Notes: generated by a model not told the origin, from the letters alone. Shown: positions 42,281-55,050, numbered from the stretch's first letter. The stretch is 64,000 bases of DNA from Macrostomum lignano (GCA_002269645.1 NIVC01000274.1:62001-126000), one strand, 5' to 3'. Translations and numbers: made by a program.

Positions 42281-43009
42281 AAGGCTTAATCCAACAGCCA
42301 TAAGAACAGAGTCAACGCCTCGAGAAGTTCAAATGGACCCACTTCCAGCTGATGGATAAGCTGACACCCCGTTAGCCAATAGATGAAAAGTGGGAAGAAA
42401 AGCCAACTTAGTTCATGCAGGTCTGACTACTTGTGAACCAGGGACTGCTATTAGAACGCTTCCTTTTCTCAGAAAGCAGCCGACTCACTCCAACAGTATA
42501 AAAAGGTAAAAGAACTTCCGTAAGCAGATACGTCAGTCTGTCTTCTTCTGCTGAGAACACAGCTTCGTATCTGCCTCTAATTTTTTAGTCACAAGAAAGA
42601 AAGACGGACGAAAGAAGTTTATAAGATTGGCCAGAAGACGATTGACTAACTTTAGACCGCCTGCTGAGTCTCTGAGAGTCTGTGCCACGATATCCCGCAA
42701 AGGCTTCCCACACGGCGGGTCGATTCTGTTTGAAAAAAGAGGGCTGAGACACGAGTAGACAGGTAGACACTTCTGGCACTCCAGCTCATACACAGGCAGG
42801 TAAATAACGGTATTTAGTTAGCAACAAGCGTCCGGTGAATTGAGGCTGCCACCTTCAGTGCCTGTTAGGCCCCTTGTTGAATTCTGGCACTAACAGGCAC
42901 GGTTACAGAGACCTTCTCTTATCGTCGTAGTGAGCGATGAATTTCTAAGAATTTCTTAAAAGTACTTTTGTATCATGGGGATTTTCTAAACGTGTAATTA
43001 TAGAAACTT

Positions 43010-43805
43010 CGGGTGGGATTATCTAAACTTCCGGTGGAATTATTTAAGCTACAGGTGAGATTATCTAAGCTTCAGGTGGGATCATCTAAACTTCAGGTGG
43101 GATTATCTAAGCTTCAGATGGGATTATCTAAACTTCAGGAGGGATTATCTAAACTTCAGGTGGGATTATCTAAGCTTCAGATGGGATTATCTAAACTTCA
43201 GGTGGGATTATCTAAACTTCAGGTGGGATCATATAAAATCCAGGTGGGATTATCTAAACTTCAGGTGGGATCATATAAAATCCAGGTGGGATTATCTAAA
43301 CTTCAGGTGGGATTATCTAAAATCCAGGTGGGATTATCTAAGCTTCAGGTGGGATTATCTAAACTTTAGGTGGGATTATCTAAGCTTCAGGTGGGATTAT
43401 CTAAACTTCAGGTGGGATTATCTAAACTTCAGGTGGGATTATCTAAAATCCAGGTGGGATTATCTAAGCTTCAGGTGGGATTATCTAAACTTTAGGTGGG
43501 ATTATCTAAGCTTCAGGTGGGATTATCTAAACTTCAGGTGGGATTATCTAAACTCCAGGTGGGATTATCTAAGCTTCAGGTGGGATTATCTAAACTTCAG
43601 GTGGGATTATCTAAGCTACAGATGGGATTATCTAAACTTCAGGTGGGATTATTAAAGCTTTAGGCGGGATTATCTAAGCCTTAGACAAGATTATCTAAGC
43701 TTCAGGCGGGATTATCTAAGCTTCAGGTGGGATTATCTAAACTTCAGGTGGGATTATCTAAGCTTCAGGCGGGATTATCTAAACTTCAGGTAGGATTATC
43801 TAAAC
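43010..43805. repeat. 21-bp minisatellite GGTGGGATTATCTAAACTTCA
   Basis: About 37 copies, ending ~75 bp before exon 3. Confidence 0.94.
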
Positions 43806-43879
43806 CTAAGCTTCATGGTATGATCTGAGCTCCTCTAACCCTTCGCTAACTTGGCTGACTAAATCCCCACAACCATCAG

Positions 43880-44261
43880 ACCCGTGCTTCGAATACCGAG
43901 CAGCCAGCGGTCGCCGAGATCCGTCTCGCTACTCGCTCGCCTGCGACCAGTTCAACTCCAGCCTGTACGCCAGGCTGCAGTGCGGCGGCGGCGGCGGCGT
44001 CTGCTTCTGCGCTGACCAGCTGACGGGCCGCCTTAACCCGGCCACCCGAGCCCCGGCGGAGCCGCCGTTGCCCAGCTGCCGCCGGCTGATTCTGGGCCTC
44101 TCCATCAGTCTGTACTGGGTGTCGAACTCTTATCTCGGATATGAGCTCAACAATCCGCGCAGCCGCGTGTTTCGACAGCACGCTAGAAAAATTGAGAACT
44201 GGTTGGATAGACTGTACAAACCGTTTCAGGGAGAACAGCGAGCCAGGGTTGTCAGCTTCAG
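43880..44261 (+). CDS. SDC: syndecan-like exon 3: thyroglobulin type-1 domain plus N-terminal part of a SEA domain
   Basis: Acceptor catcag|ac (phase 1), donor ag|gttggc (phase 2). Reads YPCFEY...LACDQFNSSLYARLQCGGGGGVCFCADQLTGRLNPAT...PSC (6-Cys TY pattern), then ELNNPRSRVFRQHARKIENWLDRLYK...ARVVSF (SEA pattern). Confidence 0.8.
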
Positions 44262-44309
44262 GTTGGCGGGGTCAATTGGGGTCACTTGTCAGATACCCTG
44301 TACTTGCCT

Positions 44310-44940
44310 TGTCTGACACCCTGCGAGTCTTGTCTGACATTCTATGTGTCTGTCTGACACCCTGTGGGTCTTGTCTGACATTCTATGTGTCTGTCTGACA
44401 CCCTGTGAATCTTGTCTGACATTCTATTTGTCTGTCTGACACCCTGTGAATCTTGTGTGACATTCTATTTGTCTGTCTGACACCCTGTGAATCTTGTGTG
44501 ACATTCTATTTGTCTGTCTGACACCCTGTGAATCTTGTCTGACATTCTATTTGTCTGTCTGACACCCTGTGAATCTTGTGTGACATTCTGTGTCAGTCTG
44601 ACACCCTGTGAGTCTTTGTCTGACATTCTATGTGTCTGTCTGACACCCTGTGAGTCTTGTCTGACATTCTATGTGTCTGTCTGACACCCTGTGAGTCTTG
44701 TCTGACATTCTATGTGTCTGTCTGACACCCTGTGAGTCTTGTCTGACATTCTATGTGTCTGTCTGACACCCTGTGAGTCTTGTCTGACATTCTATGTGTC
44801 TGTCTGACACCCTGTGAGTCTTGTCTGACATTCTATGTGTCTGTCTGACACCCTGTGAGTCTTGTCTGACATTCTATGTGTCTGTCTGACACCCTGTGAG
44901 TCTTGTCTGACATTCTATGTGTCTGTCTGACACCCTGTGA
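44310..44940. repeat. 41-bp minisatellite CTGACACCCTGTGAGTCTTGTCTGACATTCTATGTGTCTGT
   Basis: About 15 copies. Confidence 0.93.
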
Positions 44941-44944
44941 CACT

Positions 44945-45250
44945 CTCCGCAACTCTGTTTGAGATTCTCCGCAACTCTGTTTGAGATTCTCCGCAACTCT
45001 GTTTGAGATTCTCCGCAACTCTGTTTGAGATTCTCCGCAACTCTGTTTGAGATTCTCCGCAACTCTGTTTGAGATTCTCCGCAACTCTGTTTGAGATTCT
45101 CCGCAACTCTGTTTGAGATTCTCCGCAACTCTGTTTGAGATTCTCCGCAACTCTGTTTGAGATTCTCCGCAACTCTGTTTGAGATTCTCCACAACTCTGT
45201 TTGAGATTCTCCGCAACTCTGTTTGAGATTCTCCGCAACTCTGTTTGAGA
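44945..45250. repeat. 22-bp minisatellite CTCCGCAACTCTGTTTGAGATT
   Basis: About 14 copies, abutting the previous array. Confidence 0.93.
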
Positions 45251-45294
45251 TCTCCATTTTCACTGTTTGAAATGTCCCGGCCCCTGGTTGAAAT

Positions 45295-45668
45295 GGGTGG
45301 GTTTCATAAACGCGAAACTTCACAACCGCGAAACTTCATAACCGCGAAACTTCATAACCGCGAAACTTCATAACCGCGAAACTTCATAACCGCGAAACTT
45401 CATAACCGCGAAACTTCATAACCGCGAAACTTCATAACCGCGAAACTTCATAACCGCGAAACTTCATAACCGCGAAACTTCATAACCGCGGAACTTCATT
45501 ACCGCGAAACTTCACAACCGCGAAACTTCACAGCAGCTAAAATTTTTGCACTTCCTTTCATATACGTCAGTTTTTTAGCGGTTGTAAAGTTTCGCGGTTA
45601 TGAAGTTTCGCGGTTATGAAAGAAGGTGGTTTAGCGGTTGTAAAATTTTGCGTTTGTGAAAGCAACCC
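45295..45668. mobile_element. MITE / non-autonomous DNA transposon: ~40-bp imperfect TIRs, 8-bp TSD, internal 16-bp tandem array
   Basis: GTTGAAAT at both 45287-45294 and 45669-45676. Left end GGGTGGGTTTCATAAACGCGAAAC...; reverse complement of right end GGGTTGCTTTCACAAACGCAAAAT.... Subterminal AACCGCGAAACTTCAT repeats occur in inverted orientation at the two ends. Confidence 0.85.
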
Positions 45669-46214
45669 GTTGAAATTACCAATTTTCTGAATGAAATTCA
45701 CTCGCTAGCTTCCGTCAGGCATTCTGCCTCCAGCCTCACATTCTGTCAAGAAAGAATAGTAACTCATATAGTGTTCTATCGCCACGTGTGTTTTACTGCA
45801 TCTGCCTTCTTAGTCCAAAGTAGCTCAAATCAATCTCAACTTTCGATTTGATTTGTAGATACGCACGCGGAACAAGTGGCGCATGAGGATTAATAATCAA
45901 TAGTCATATTTCACGATGGCTTGTGACAAATAGATTGAATGATATTCATCGTATTATAAGGGAAAAGATAAGAAGGGCATTCTCGGAAGAGGAAACCTGA
46001 CTGCTGAATTTGAGGCATCCGTATGGGAGTGCTGAACGATCAGGAATCAACGAATCAATTTATGCTCAATGCGGCTTCCTTCCAGCCTCCCACTTGCTTA
46101 TGGCACTTTATCCGATAGTAAAAATAGAAGTAAATGAAGAAATGAGACAATTGTTTTAGCGAAGTCGATTTCTAGTAAACAAAAAAATAATTACTAACTC
46201 CAAATATTGAACCC

Positions 46215-47285
46215 CCACCCTGACTCTGGTGGTGAATCTGGGGCAGTCAGCATGGATATCATTAAACACCCACCCTGACTCTGGTGACTCTGGGGCAGTC
46301 AGCATGGATATCATTAAACACCCACCCTGACTCTGGGGCAGTCAGCATGGATATCATTAAACACCCACCCTGACTCTGGGGCAGTTAGCATGGATATCAT
46401 TAAACACCCACCCTGATTCTGGGGCAGTCAGCATGGATATCATTAAACACCCACCCTGACTCTGGGGCAGTCAGCATGGATATCATTAAACACCCACCCT
46501 GATTCTGGGGCAGTCAGCATGGATATCATTAAACACCCACCCTGACTCTGGGGCAGTCAGCATGGATATCATTAAACACCTACCCTGACTCTGGTGCAGT
46601 CAGCATGGATATCATTAAACACCCACCCTGACTCTGGGGCAGTCAGCATGGATATCATTAAACACCCACCCTGACTCTGGGGCAGTCAGCATGGATATCA
46701 TTAAACACCCACCCTGATTCTGGGGCAGTCAGCATGGATATCATTAAACACCCACCCTGACTCTGGTGACTCTGGGGCAGTCAGCATGGATATCATTAAA
46801 CACCCACCCTGACTCTGATGACTCTGGGGCAGTCAGCATGGATATCATTAAACACCCACCCTGACTCTGATGACTCTGGGGCAGTCAGCATGGATATCAT
46901 AAAACACCCGCCCTGACTCTGGGGCAGTCAGCATGGATATCATTAAACACCCACCCTGACTCTGATGACTCTGGGGCAGTCAGCATGGATATCATTAAAC
47001 ACCCACCCTGACTCTGATGACTCTGGGGCAGTCAGCATGGATATCATAAAACACCCGCCCTGACTCTGGGGCAGTCAGCATGGATATCATTAAACACCCA
47101 CCCTGACTCTGGGGCAGTCAGCATGGATATCATTAAACACCCACCCTGACTCTGGGGCAGTCAGCATGGATATCATTAAACACCCACCCTGACTCTGATG
47201 ACTCTGGGGCAGTCAGCATGGATATCATTAAACACCCACCCTGACTCTGGGGCAGTCAGCATGGATATCATTAAACACCCACCCT
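46215..47285. repeat. 43-bp minisatellite CCACCCTGACTCTGGGGCAGTCAGCATGGATATCATTAAACAC
   Basis: About 23 copies; each unit carries the CTGACT-N7-AGTCAG dyad. Confidence 0.94.
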
Positions 47286-47839
47286 GCATATGGAAGAATC
47301 AACACGAGTTATTTTACACTCACTCTGAATCCAAGCAACTCCCTAGAAAAAAGGTTTGACAGACTCAAAAAGTTCAATAATTCTGTAGCACAATCTCTGC
47401 ACTTGGTATTGGACGGCTCACCGTCAGATTAATATAAATAATTAGTTTTTTTACGCACAAGCAGAAGCAAGAAGCGAATCGTATGCTGCAGTCTGATCTC
47501 AATACTTGACACGACATTATTTATACTTCTAATAGACATTAAAACGGAGGCCTCTAAGTCAATGCTTCTGTCTGTCCCAGTGTCTGTCCCGTGTCATGAA
47601 AATGCTGCTGTGATGCAGAACAGATTCTGGAATGCCAATGCAAAACTTCTCACAGAGACGACTGTTTATAAGCGATTTGTCTGCGTCGCTGCGTCTGGCA
47701 TTCACTTTTCTTAAACTATTAAGTTGCTTGAAAAAGAATTGCTTTTGCCATTGAAATGCTTTGATAAACTCTGCTGAATGCAGCTTAGTGGGATTTCTAC
47801 TGACTTGAATACATCCAGGAATATAAAGATATATGACGT

Positions 47840-48335
47840 ATGTATGGATGGACGGATGGATGGATGGGTGGATGGGTGGATGGATGGATGGATGGACGGA
47901 TGGATGGTTGGGTGGATGGGTGGATGGATGGATGGATGGATGGATGGACGGATGGATGGTTGGGTGGATGGGTGGATGGATGGATGGATGGGTGGATGGA
48001 TGGATGGATGGATGTATGGATGGATGGATGTATGGATGGATGGATGGATGGATGGTTGGGTGGATGGATGGATGGGTGGATGGATGGATGGATGTATGGA
48101 TGGATGGATGGATGGATGAATGGATGAATGGATGGATGGATGGATGGATGGATGGATGGATGGGTGGATGGATGGGTGGATGGGTGGATGGATGGATGGA
48201 TGGATGGATGGGTGGAAGGATGGATGGATGGATGGATGGGTGGATGGTTGGAAGGATGGATGGATGGATGGATGGATGGATGGATGGATGGGTGGAAGGA
48301 TGGATGGATGGATTGATGGGTGGATGGATGGATGG
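47840..48335. repeat. (GGAT)n microsatellite
   Basis: Direct observation. Confidence 0.95.
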
Positions 48336-49004
48336 AGCGGAAAACCCGGTACAGCGGAACTGCAACAGCCGTTCTGTTCGCAGCACTCGGCCTTGAAACA
48401 TGGGAGCATGTAGTCATGCGAAAGTCAAATTTGGCTGGAAATGTTGACAAAGTTGCACATACATTCAGAGCAGTTGTATCAATTACTCGCAGATCTGGCC
48501 TGTAGCAGATCATGTTAGCTAAAAAGATGGTGAACGAGCTGAACTTGGGCCTGAATAACAATGGCACAGACAGATCTAATGCTGGTTAGCGATCAACGGG
48601 TCACTCAATGCTATTCAAATGAGCACTATATTACGAGCGTAAGTGTTAACTAGCTGAGAGTGTGGGCTCTGTTGAGAGCTTAGCGACGCAATACTTTGAC
48701 GTCGAAGCAGTCCAGTTCCTAAAGTTAATGCTATTAAGTACAGATAATATAGTAAATTATTTCAGTATAAAACATAACTGTCGTTTTAGTTAATGCGCAG
48801 CGCTTTTTGCTATGCCCGTTGGATCTGTTTTGTTTGTTTTCTGCTTTGATGAATTTTTAAGCTTTGTCAAACTGCTCCTTTGTCAATGCATGTTCTTATG
48901 AGCTACTTTTAAATTGGCTGACAGTAGTATGGTTAGGTAGTTTAAACCATCAGCATCTCATTGAAAGTGGCTTCCATTAAGGATTTCAGAAGTGGTGGCG
49001 ATCA

Positions 49005-49385
49005 CTCAGGACCTCAGGGAGGGTATCAGGTCAACAGGACCTCAGGGAGGGTATCAAGTCAATAGAACCTCAGGGAGGGTATCAGGTCAACAGGACCTCT
49101 GGGAGGGTATCAGGTTAATAGGACCTCAGGGAGGGTATCAAGTCAATAGAACCTCAGGGAGGGTATCAGGTCAACAGGACCTCTGGGAGGGTATCAGGTC
49201 AACAGGACCTCAGGGAGGGTATCAAGTCAATAGAACCTCAGGGAGGGTATCAGGTCAACAGGACCTCAGGGAGGGTATCAGGTCAACAGGACCTCAGGGA
49301 GGGTATCAGGTTAATAGGACCTCAGGGAGGGTAGTAGGCCATTAGGAACTCAGGGAGGGAAGTAGGTCATTAGGACCTCAGGTAT
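49005..49385. repeat. 28-bp minisatellite GGACCTCAGGGAGGGTATCAGGTCAACA
   Basis: About 13 copies. Confidence 0.9.
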
Positions 49386-49481
49386 GGTAGCAGGTCAACA
49401 TAATCTTTAGTAGGTTTTTCCATTTCCTCCTCTACCACAAAGACATTAATTGGAGTTCTTTTACTAATCAAACCCGAGCAG

Positions 49482-49672
49482 CACGAGGCAGGCCTTGACC
49501 GTGACCGTGAACCTGACCTCTCGGGGCCACCCGCCATCCGACGACGCCAACCCGACCAGATCGGGACTCCGCCGGATTCTGGAGGACGGCATGAGCGGCG
49601 GGTCGTTCGCCAACAAGCCATTTGTGATCGGCTCGCGCCGGTTCTGGCTAATCAGCGGCGGGGCAGCTTCCG
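49482..49672 (+). CDS. SDC: syndecan-like exon 4: C-terminal part of SEA domain (STRQALTVTVNLTSRG...TRSGLRRILEDGMSGGSFANKPFVIGSRRFWLISGGAAS)
   Basis: Acceptor gagcag|c (phase 2, matches exon 3), donor g|gtgagt (phase 1). Confidence 0.78.
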
Positions 49673-49749
49673 GTGAGTGAGAAAGCTTCTTTTATTATCC
49701 AATTGAACTTTTGAAAAATGAGCCTTTTAAAACTGTTTGATCTCTCCAG

Positions 49750-49805
49750 ACAAGTCTGACCATCATTCGAATCGAATATCGCCGACAGGGGAAACGAATG
49801 ACAAG
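49750..49805 (+). CDS. SDC: syndecan-like small exon 5, 56 nt (DKSDHHSNRISPTGETNDK)
   Basis: Follows a 77-nt intron. Acceptor tctctccag|, donor aag|gtaagc, phase 1 to 0, no stop. Confidence 0.6.
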
Positions 49806-50564
49806 GTAAGCAGGGCCAAAGTCCGATTTGGGATCCCATGGATCAGAGAGTGCACATAGGCCACTGTACACCCTGTGTGAGCGTGTGCCTGTGTACGTAT
49901 CCGACTAGACTGTTTTTATGCTTAGGGTTGCGCAGAACAAGCTTACTGTCGGCTTGCCTTCCTCGCTGGCGGTTGCCAAAAGGCCTCTGCAAACAAAAAA
50001 TAACTAAATATGTGTTCGATTGACACTACTTATTTTGGGAGTAAGTAGCATACTTAGGATATATTTTTTCTAGAGAATTGTAGTGTAAAAATTCTGCGTT
50101 CTACTGTCAATCAATTTTCGGGGAGGGGGGCAGCTGCGCAAGGAAAGCCTGGTTGACCCGTAGCGAATACCGTTAAGACAGATCCCAGATCCCCGGGGCT
50201 GCTGAGGACACCCGGGGGCTACTCTCCCCGGTTGCACAGAGAAGCAGCTGTCAAGGAAGTTGGGAGGGGGAGGTGGGATCGAACTTGGACGCGGGGGGGG
50301 GGCTTAGAGGGTAGCAGCTGAGGCCCTCGCTCCATCAATCAATATCTATTTACTCAAATGGCCTCCCTCTCCAGCCTACTGAAGTGGCCTCTTCTCTTTC
50401 TTTGCTGTGCTCTGTACCCTGCTTTTTATTGCCTTTATAATATTAACTTCTTTATTATTAGTTGCGGCTGCATGTCAGTATACGGCAGGTCATGCAACCG
50501 CGTGCTCAGTTTTAGTTAAGGTTCCGTATAGTCTAAGATTAATTTTTTACAAACCTGGGTCTCA

Positions 50565-51045
50565 GAGAGGTGGACTCAGGGAGAGGTGGACTCAGGGAGA
50601 GGTGGACTCAGGGAGAGGTGGACTCAGGGAGAGGTGGACTCTAAGAGAGGTAGACTCGGGGAGAGGTGGACTCAGGGAAAGGTGGACTCAGGGAGAGGCG
50701 GACTCAGGGAGCGGTGGACTCAGGGAGAGGTAGACTCAGGGAAGGTGGACTCAGGGAGAGGTGGACTCAGGGAGAGGTGGACTCAGGGAGAGGTGGACTC
50801 GGGGAGAGGTGGACTCAGGGAGAGGTGGACTCAAGGAGAGGTGGACTCAGGGAGAGGTGGACTCAGGGAGAGGTGGACTCAGGGAGAGGTGGACTCAGGG
50901 AGAGGTGGACTCAAGGAGAGGTGGACTCAGGGAGAGGTGGACTCGGGGAGAGGTGGACTCAGGGAGAGGTGGACTCAGGGAGAGGTGGACTCAGGGAGAG
51001 GTGGACTCAGGGAGAGGTGGACTCAGGGAGAGGTGGACTCAGTGA
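50565..51045. repeat. 16-bp minisatellite TCAGGGAGAGGTGGAC
   Basis: About 29 copies. Confidence 0.93.
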
Positions 51046-51597
51046 GAGGATGCAGAGAAAACTGGAAGCGAGGAACAAGAATTAAAGAGCACTATGATTA
51101 TGAATGCAGGCAGATAGGTCAGACAGGCAAGCAGAATGGGGCTGCATAGTCTTATCCCGAGGGGAGGCACATGAGAAGGAAAATCGGTGCAAGGCGGAGT
51201 CCTCCCAAGGCGGACTGGCCGCTTCACAACACAATCAGTCGGCCTCGGGGCCCGGGCAAATTGCTTTCAGCTCGAAAGGATTTCAAACCCTCTTATTTCT
51301 CGGCCCCAAGCGGCAATTCCGGGGGGAGGGGGTGGGGGGAATTCTGCCAAAGCCTGGAGTGGGACCCACCCAACCCCGCTGGCCTCCGTCTGCCCATGGA
51401 ATCCGTTTTCAATCTTGTCTCCTCCCGCGATTCGGCCATGCGGAGCGGCGATTGGGAATTGGGGAATAAGAATTCCCCACCACCTCCATTTTTGGCTGTC
51501 GCCCGAATGAAGCGGAAAGCAAATAGTGCGCGGCAATGAAATCCCTTGGAAATATACTGCTAAAAGAGGAAGCTCAGAACTGGCTCTCCAGGAAAGT

Positions 51598-52062
51598 AGT
51601 CACTCCCTGCCCCGAGTGACTGAGAATTAGTCACTCCATTCAGCCCCGAGTGACTGAGAATTAGTCACTCCATTCAGCCCCGAGTGACTGAGAATTAGTC
51701 ACTCCATTCAGCCCCGAGTGACTGAGAATTAGTCGCTCCATTCAGATCCGAGTGACTGAGAATTAGTCACTCCATTCAGCCCCGAGTGACTGAGAATTAG
51801 TCGCTCCATTCAGATCCGAGTGCCTGAGAATTAGTCACTCCATTCAGCCCCGAGTGACTGAGAATTAGTCACTCCATTCAGCCCCGAGTGACTGAGAATT
51901 AGTCACTCCATTCAGCCTCGAGTGACTGAGAATTAGTCACTTCATTCAGCCCCGAGTGACTGAGAATTAGTCACTCCTTGCAGCCCCGAGTGCCTGAGAA
52001 TTAGTCACTCCTTGCAGCCCCGAGTGCCTGAGAATTAGTCACTCCTTGCAGCCCCGAGTGCC
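51598..52062. repeat. 34-bp minisatellite CCCGAGTGACTGAGAATTAGTCACTCCATTCAGC with perfect 8-bp internal inverted repeat
   Basis: About 13 copies, GAGTGACT-N7-AGTCACTC. No variable spacers. Confidence 0.93.
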
Positions 52063-52889
52063 TAGGGGAATATTCATTTTTTAATCCTTTTGCCTGGCCC
52101 CAGGTCTCCAAACACATCAGTCGAAAAGTGCCTTCGCCTTTCTTAAGCCTTTCTTAGCCGGTTTTATTGGCCACAAAATGCAACTCGCAGACAGGACAGC
52201 CAAGTTTATTGTCCAGATGGAATCCAGGCCCTGGCTAGCCCTAAATCTCATGCTTTTATTCTTTTTCAGCATTTGGGTTTGTTCTTGTTCCTTGTTCCAT
52301 GCGGCTGCCTTGCGGTGGGCGGAACATTGGGAAGGCAGAGGCGCTGGATTCTGTAGTTTGTGTCGCGTGAAGCCCCCCACCCCACCTCCCCCGAGGCTCT
52401 TGCTAACCGGAACATTAACGAAGGAAAATTAGGAGGATTTCGGCCCCGTATTGATTCGTGAACCTCGAAAAGTAACACTTGGACTGGGACACAAGAAGGC
52501 CGAGTTTAACCTCTTTCTATAGTAGATGTCCGCAAGCTTTCAACCTTAAAGGCTAGATGAGAGAGGAAAAGGGAGAGAATAGAGATAGAGGAGAGGGTAT
52601 TAGGTACATGATAATTGCAGAGTTCGGGAAAATTATCAGAAAGCTTCTTATTTAATCAATTAAGAGAGCTAATTCAACACTTTGATTTTAGTTCATTTTT
52701 TCATTAAAAATTAGTCATAAAACTAACCTTAAACACAAGCATGCAATTCCGTTCTATTCGGAGCTTCGTTCCAAAATCCAGCTACTTATTTTGGGAGTCC
52801 TTGATCTGACTATTAATAAAAAACATAGAATATATTGCTATCCTCTTTTAACCTCGCCATTCCCCTCATCGGACTGCCAGCCAGTTTCT

Positions 52890-53260
52890 TTACTTTGTGA
52901 AGGTTCTTTAGTTTGTGAAGCTTTTTTAGCTTGTGAAGCTTCTTTAGTTTGTGAAGCTTCTTTAGTTTGTGAAGCTTCTTTAGTTTGTGAAGCTTCTTTA
53001 CTTTGTGAAGCTTCTTTAGTTTGTGAAGTTTCTTTACTTTGTGAAGGTTCTTTATTTTGTGAAGCTTCTTTACTTTGTCAAGCTTCTTTACTTTGTCAAG
53101 CTTCTTTAGTTTGTGAAGCTTCTTTAGTTTGTGAAGATTCTTTAGTTTGTTACGGTTATTTAGTTGAGAAGACTATTTAGTTTTTGAAGGTTATTCAGTT
53201 TGTAAAGTAAATTTCTTTAGTTTGTGAAGCTTCTTTAGTTTGTGAAAACTATCATCCACA
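52890..53260. repeat. 18-bp minisatellite GAAGCTTCTTTAGTTTGT
   Basis: Tandem degenerate copies. Confidence 0.87.
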
Positions 53261-54642
53261 AAAAACCTAAAATTATTTAGTTTGTGTAGCTTCAAGGTGG
53301 TGAAGTTTCTAGTTTGTAAAGCGACCCCCTTGGCGTCTGTCCCTTCGGTCTCATTCCGCCCCGCCCTCGGAGAGGAAAGGCGGGCAGATGAAGCGGCCTC
53401 AGCTGGACACTGTCTGCACTTCTTGGGCGAGGGGGGGGGCAGAGAGGGAGACAGCGAATCCTGACGGAGAAAGTTATATGAGGCTGGAATGAGCTGGGGG
53501 CGATGTTGGCAAGGAGCATCATCACTTTTCCTTTCTCGCGCCGCCGCCCCCCGCCAAAAAACAAGTTTTAAGTCAGACAGACCGGCAGACAGACAGGCAG
53601 GCAAACCAAGGCAGGCTAATCCCACCCCACCCGATTCCAATCCCCTCGATCCGAGTTTAGCGCCTGATGCCCGCTTTTCCCACTTCTCTATCCCTCCCTC
53701 TTTCCCCCTCTCTTCCCTGCTCTCCACAGCCGCTTCCCATCCCCCACAAGCATCCAGTCTTTCTCTTCCTCCAAGTGTTCGTTCGCGCCCTCATCCTCCC
53801 AGTCTCCCATCTTGGCGCAGCAGGGGAAGCAGCTACCAAATCCGCGCAAGGCGACGGGTTTGCAAAGTGGCGGACCGTGGCTGGGCGACGGCAACCAAGG
53901 TGGGGGAGGGCGGGGGGACGCCGGGAGAAGAGGAGGGGAGAGGGATGGGGCGGTGGGGCTCTTAAGAGAGCAGAGCAAAGGGGAGCAGGCGGTCCGGGAC
54001 GCTGGTGGAGCAGCTGAGCTAGGGAAGCGCCGCCTGAGACCCCCCCGTTGCCGCGTGTCTGAACGCAGACCACCAGAGTGTGCCAGCAGTCGACTACAAA
54101 AAACTCAAAATGAAAGCCTTCATGGACCGCTGCAAGCTCTGAATGATAGATTCCCTATCAATCCACTTTATTGTAGCTTTTTAACCTGCTTATTTCCTCG
54201 TAAAAACATAGCTGTCTAAGAAGCCCTTTTTTTGGTGAGTTTCCTTCATGCAGTTTGCTCTGACTTTTGTGCTGCTCAAATTCCCTTGAGAGCGTCTCAA
54301 AGCGAGTACCATTTCCACATGTCTCGATCTCAACTGTTAATCTAGCGCTTAATCTAGGTAGCTTTTTGATAATTCCAATGCAGTAGCTATGCGGCACTTA
54401 ATCTACATCTCCGGCCCCATCTTCCCTTACCATGCTCCCTCTCTGCCCCCCCCCTCTCGACTTCCTCTCAACCCCTACCCCTGCAACTCTACGGCAGATC
54501 TTTCTCGTTCTTCTCGATCCTTCTTTCATCTTCACGATCTGAGTGCAACTATTCGTCCGTAGTTGCTCGCACATGAAGACAAGCCTCTTTAGCAAGAATG
54601 ATTATTCTTCTAATATTTTCTTTACCACTTTTTCCATTTTAG

Positions 54643-54664
54643 AAGCCAACAACTGGACACAGAG
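54643..54664 (+). CDS. SDC: syndecan-like micro-exon 6, 22 nt (KPTTGHR)
   Basis: Long polypyrimidine tract plus ttttag| acceptor and gag|gtaaga donor. Phase 0 to 1 exactly restores the frame after exon 5. Confidence 0.58.
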
Positions 54665-54714
54665 GTAAGAATGTGAGATTCGCCTGTGCTAAATAGATTG
54701 AAATTATCAATTGA

Positions 54715-55050
54715 AGATGAAATGGAATGGGTTAGGACGGAATAGAATGAGATGGGGTGGGTTGGGATAGGATAGAATAGTATGGATGAGATGGGATGGG
54801 ATGAGATGATATGGGGTGGGATTGTGTAGTATGGAATAAGATAGGATAGGATAGGATAGGCTGAGATGGGATAAAATGAGATGGGATGGGATAGGCTGGG
54901 ATGGGATGGGATAGGCTGGGATGGGATGGGATAGGCTGGGATGGGATGGTATGGGATAGGATGGGATGGGATAGGCTGAGATGGGATGGAATGGAATGGG
55001 ATAGGATGGGATGGGATAGGATAGGATAGAATAGGATAAGGATGGGATGG
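54715..55050. repeat. (GGGAT/AGGAT)n pentamer repeat
   Basis: Direct observation. Confidence 0.88.

Noticed and set aside
42360-42800. Possible LINE 3' remnant
   Set aside because: No RT or endonuclease motif is readable, so it cannot be supported without a repeat-library search.
51598-52062. CRISPR-like appearance of 34-bp palindromic repeats
   Set aside because: There are no unique spacers, no cas genes, and the context is a eukaryotic intron. It is an ordinary minisatellite.
51104-54219. Clusters of 90-180-aa ORFs in GC-rich intronic patches (51.1-51.5 kb, 53.2-54.2 kb)
   Set aside because: Low-complexity G/C runs, non-ATG starts, no domain, and no splice sites compatible with the syndecan frame.
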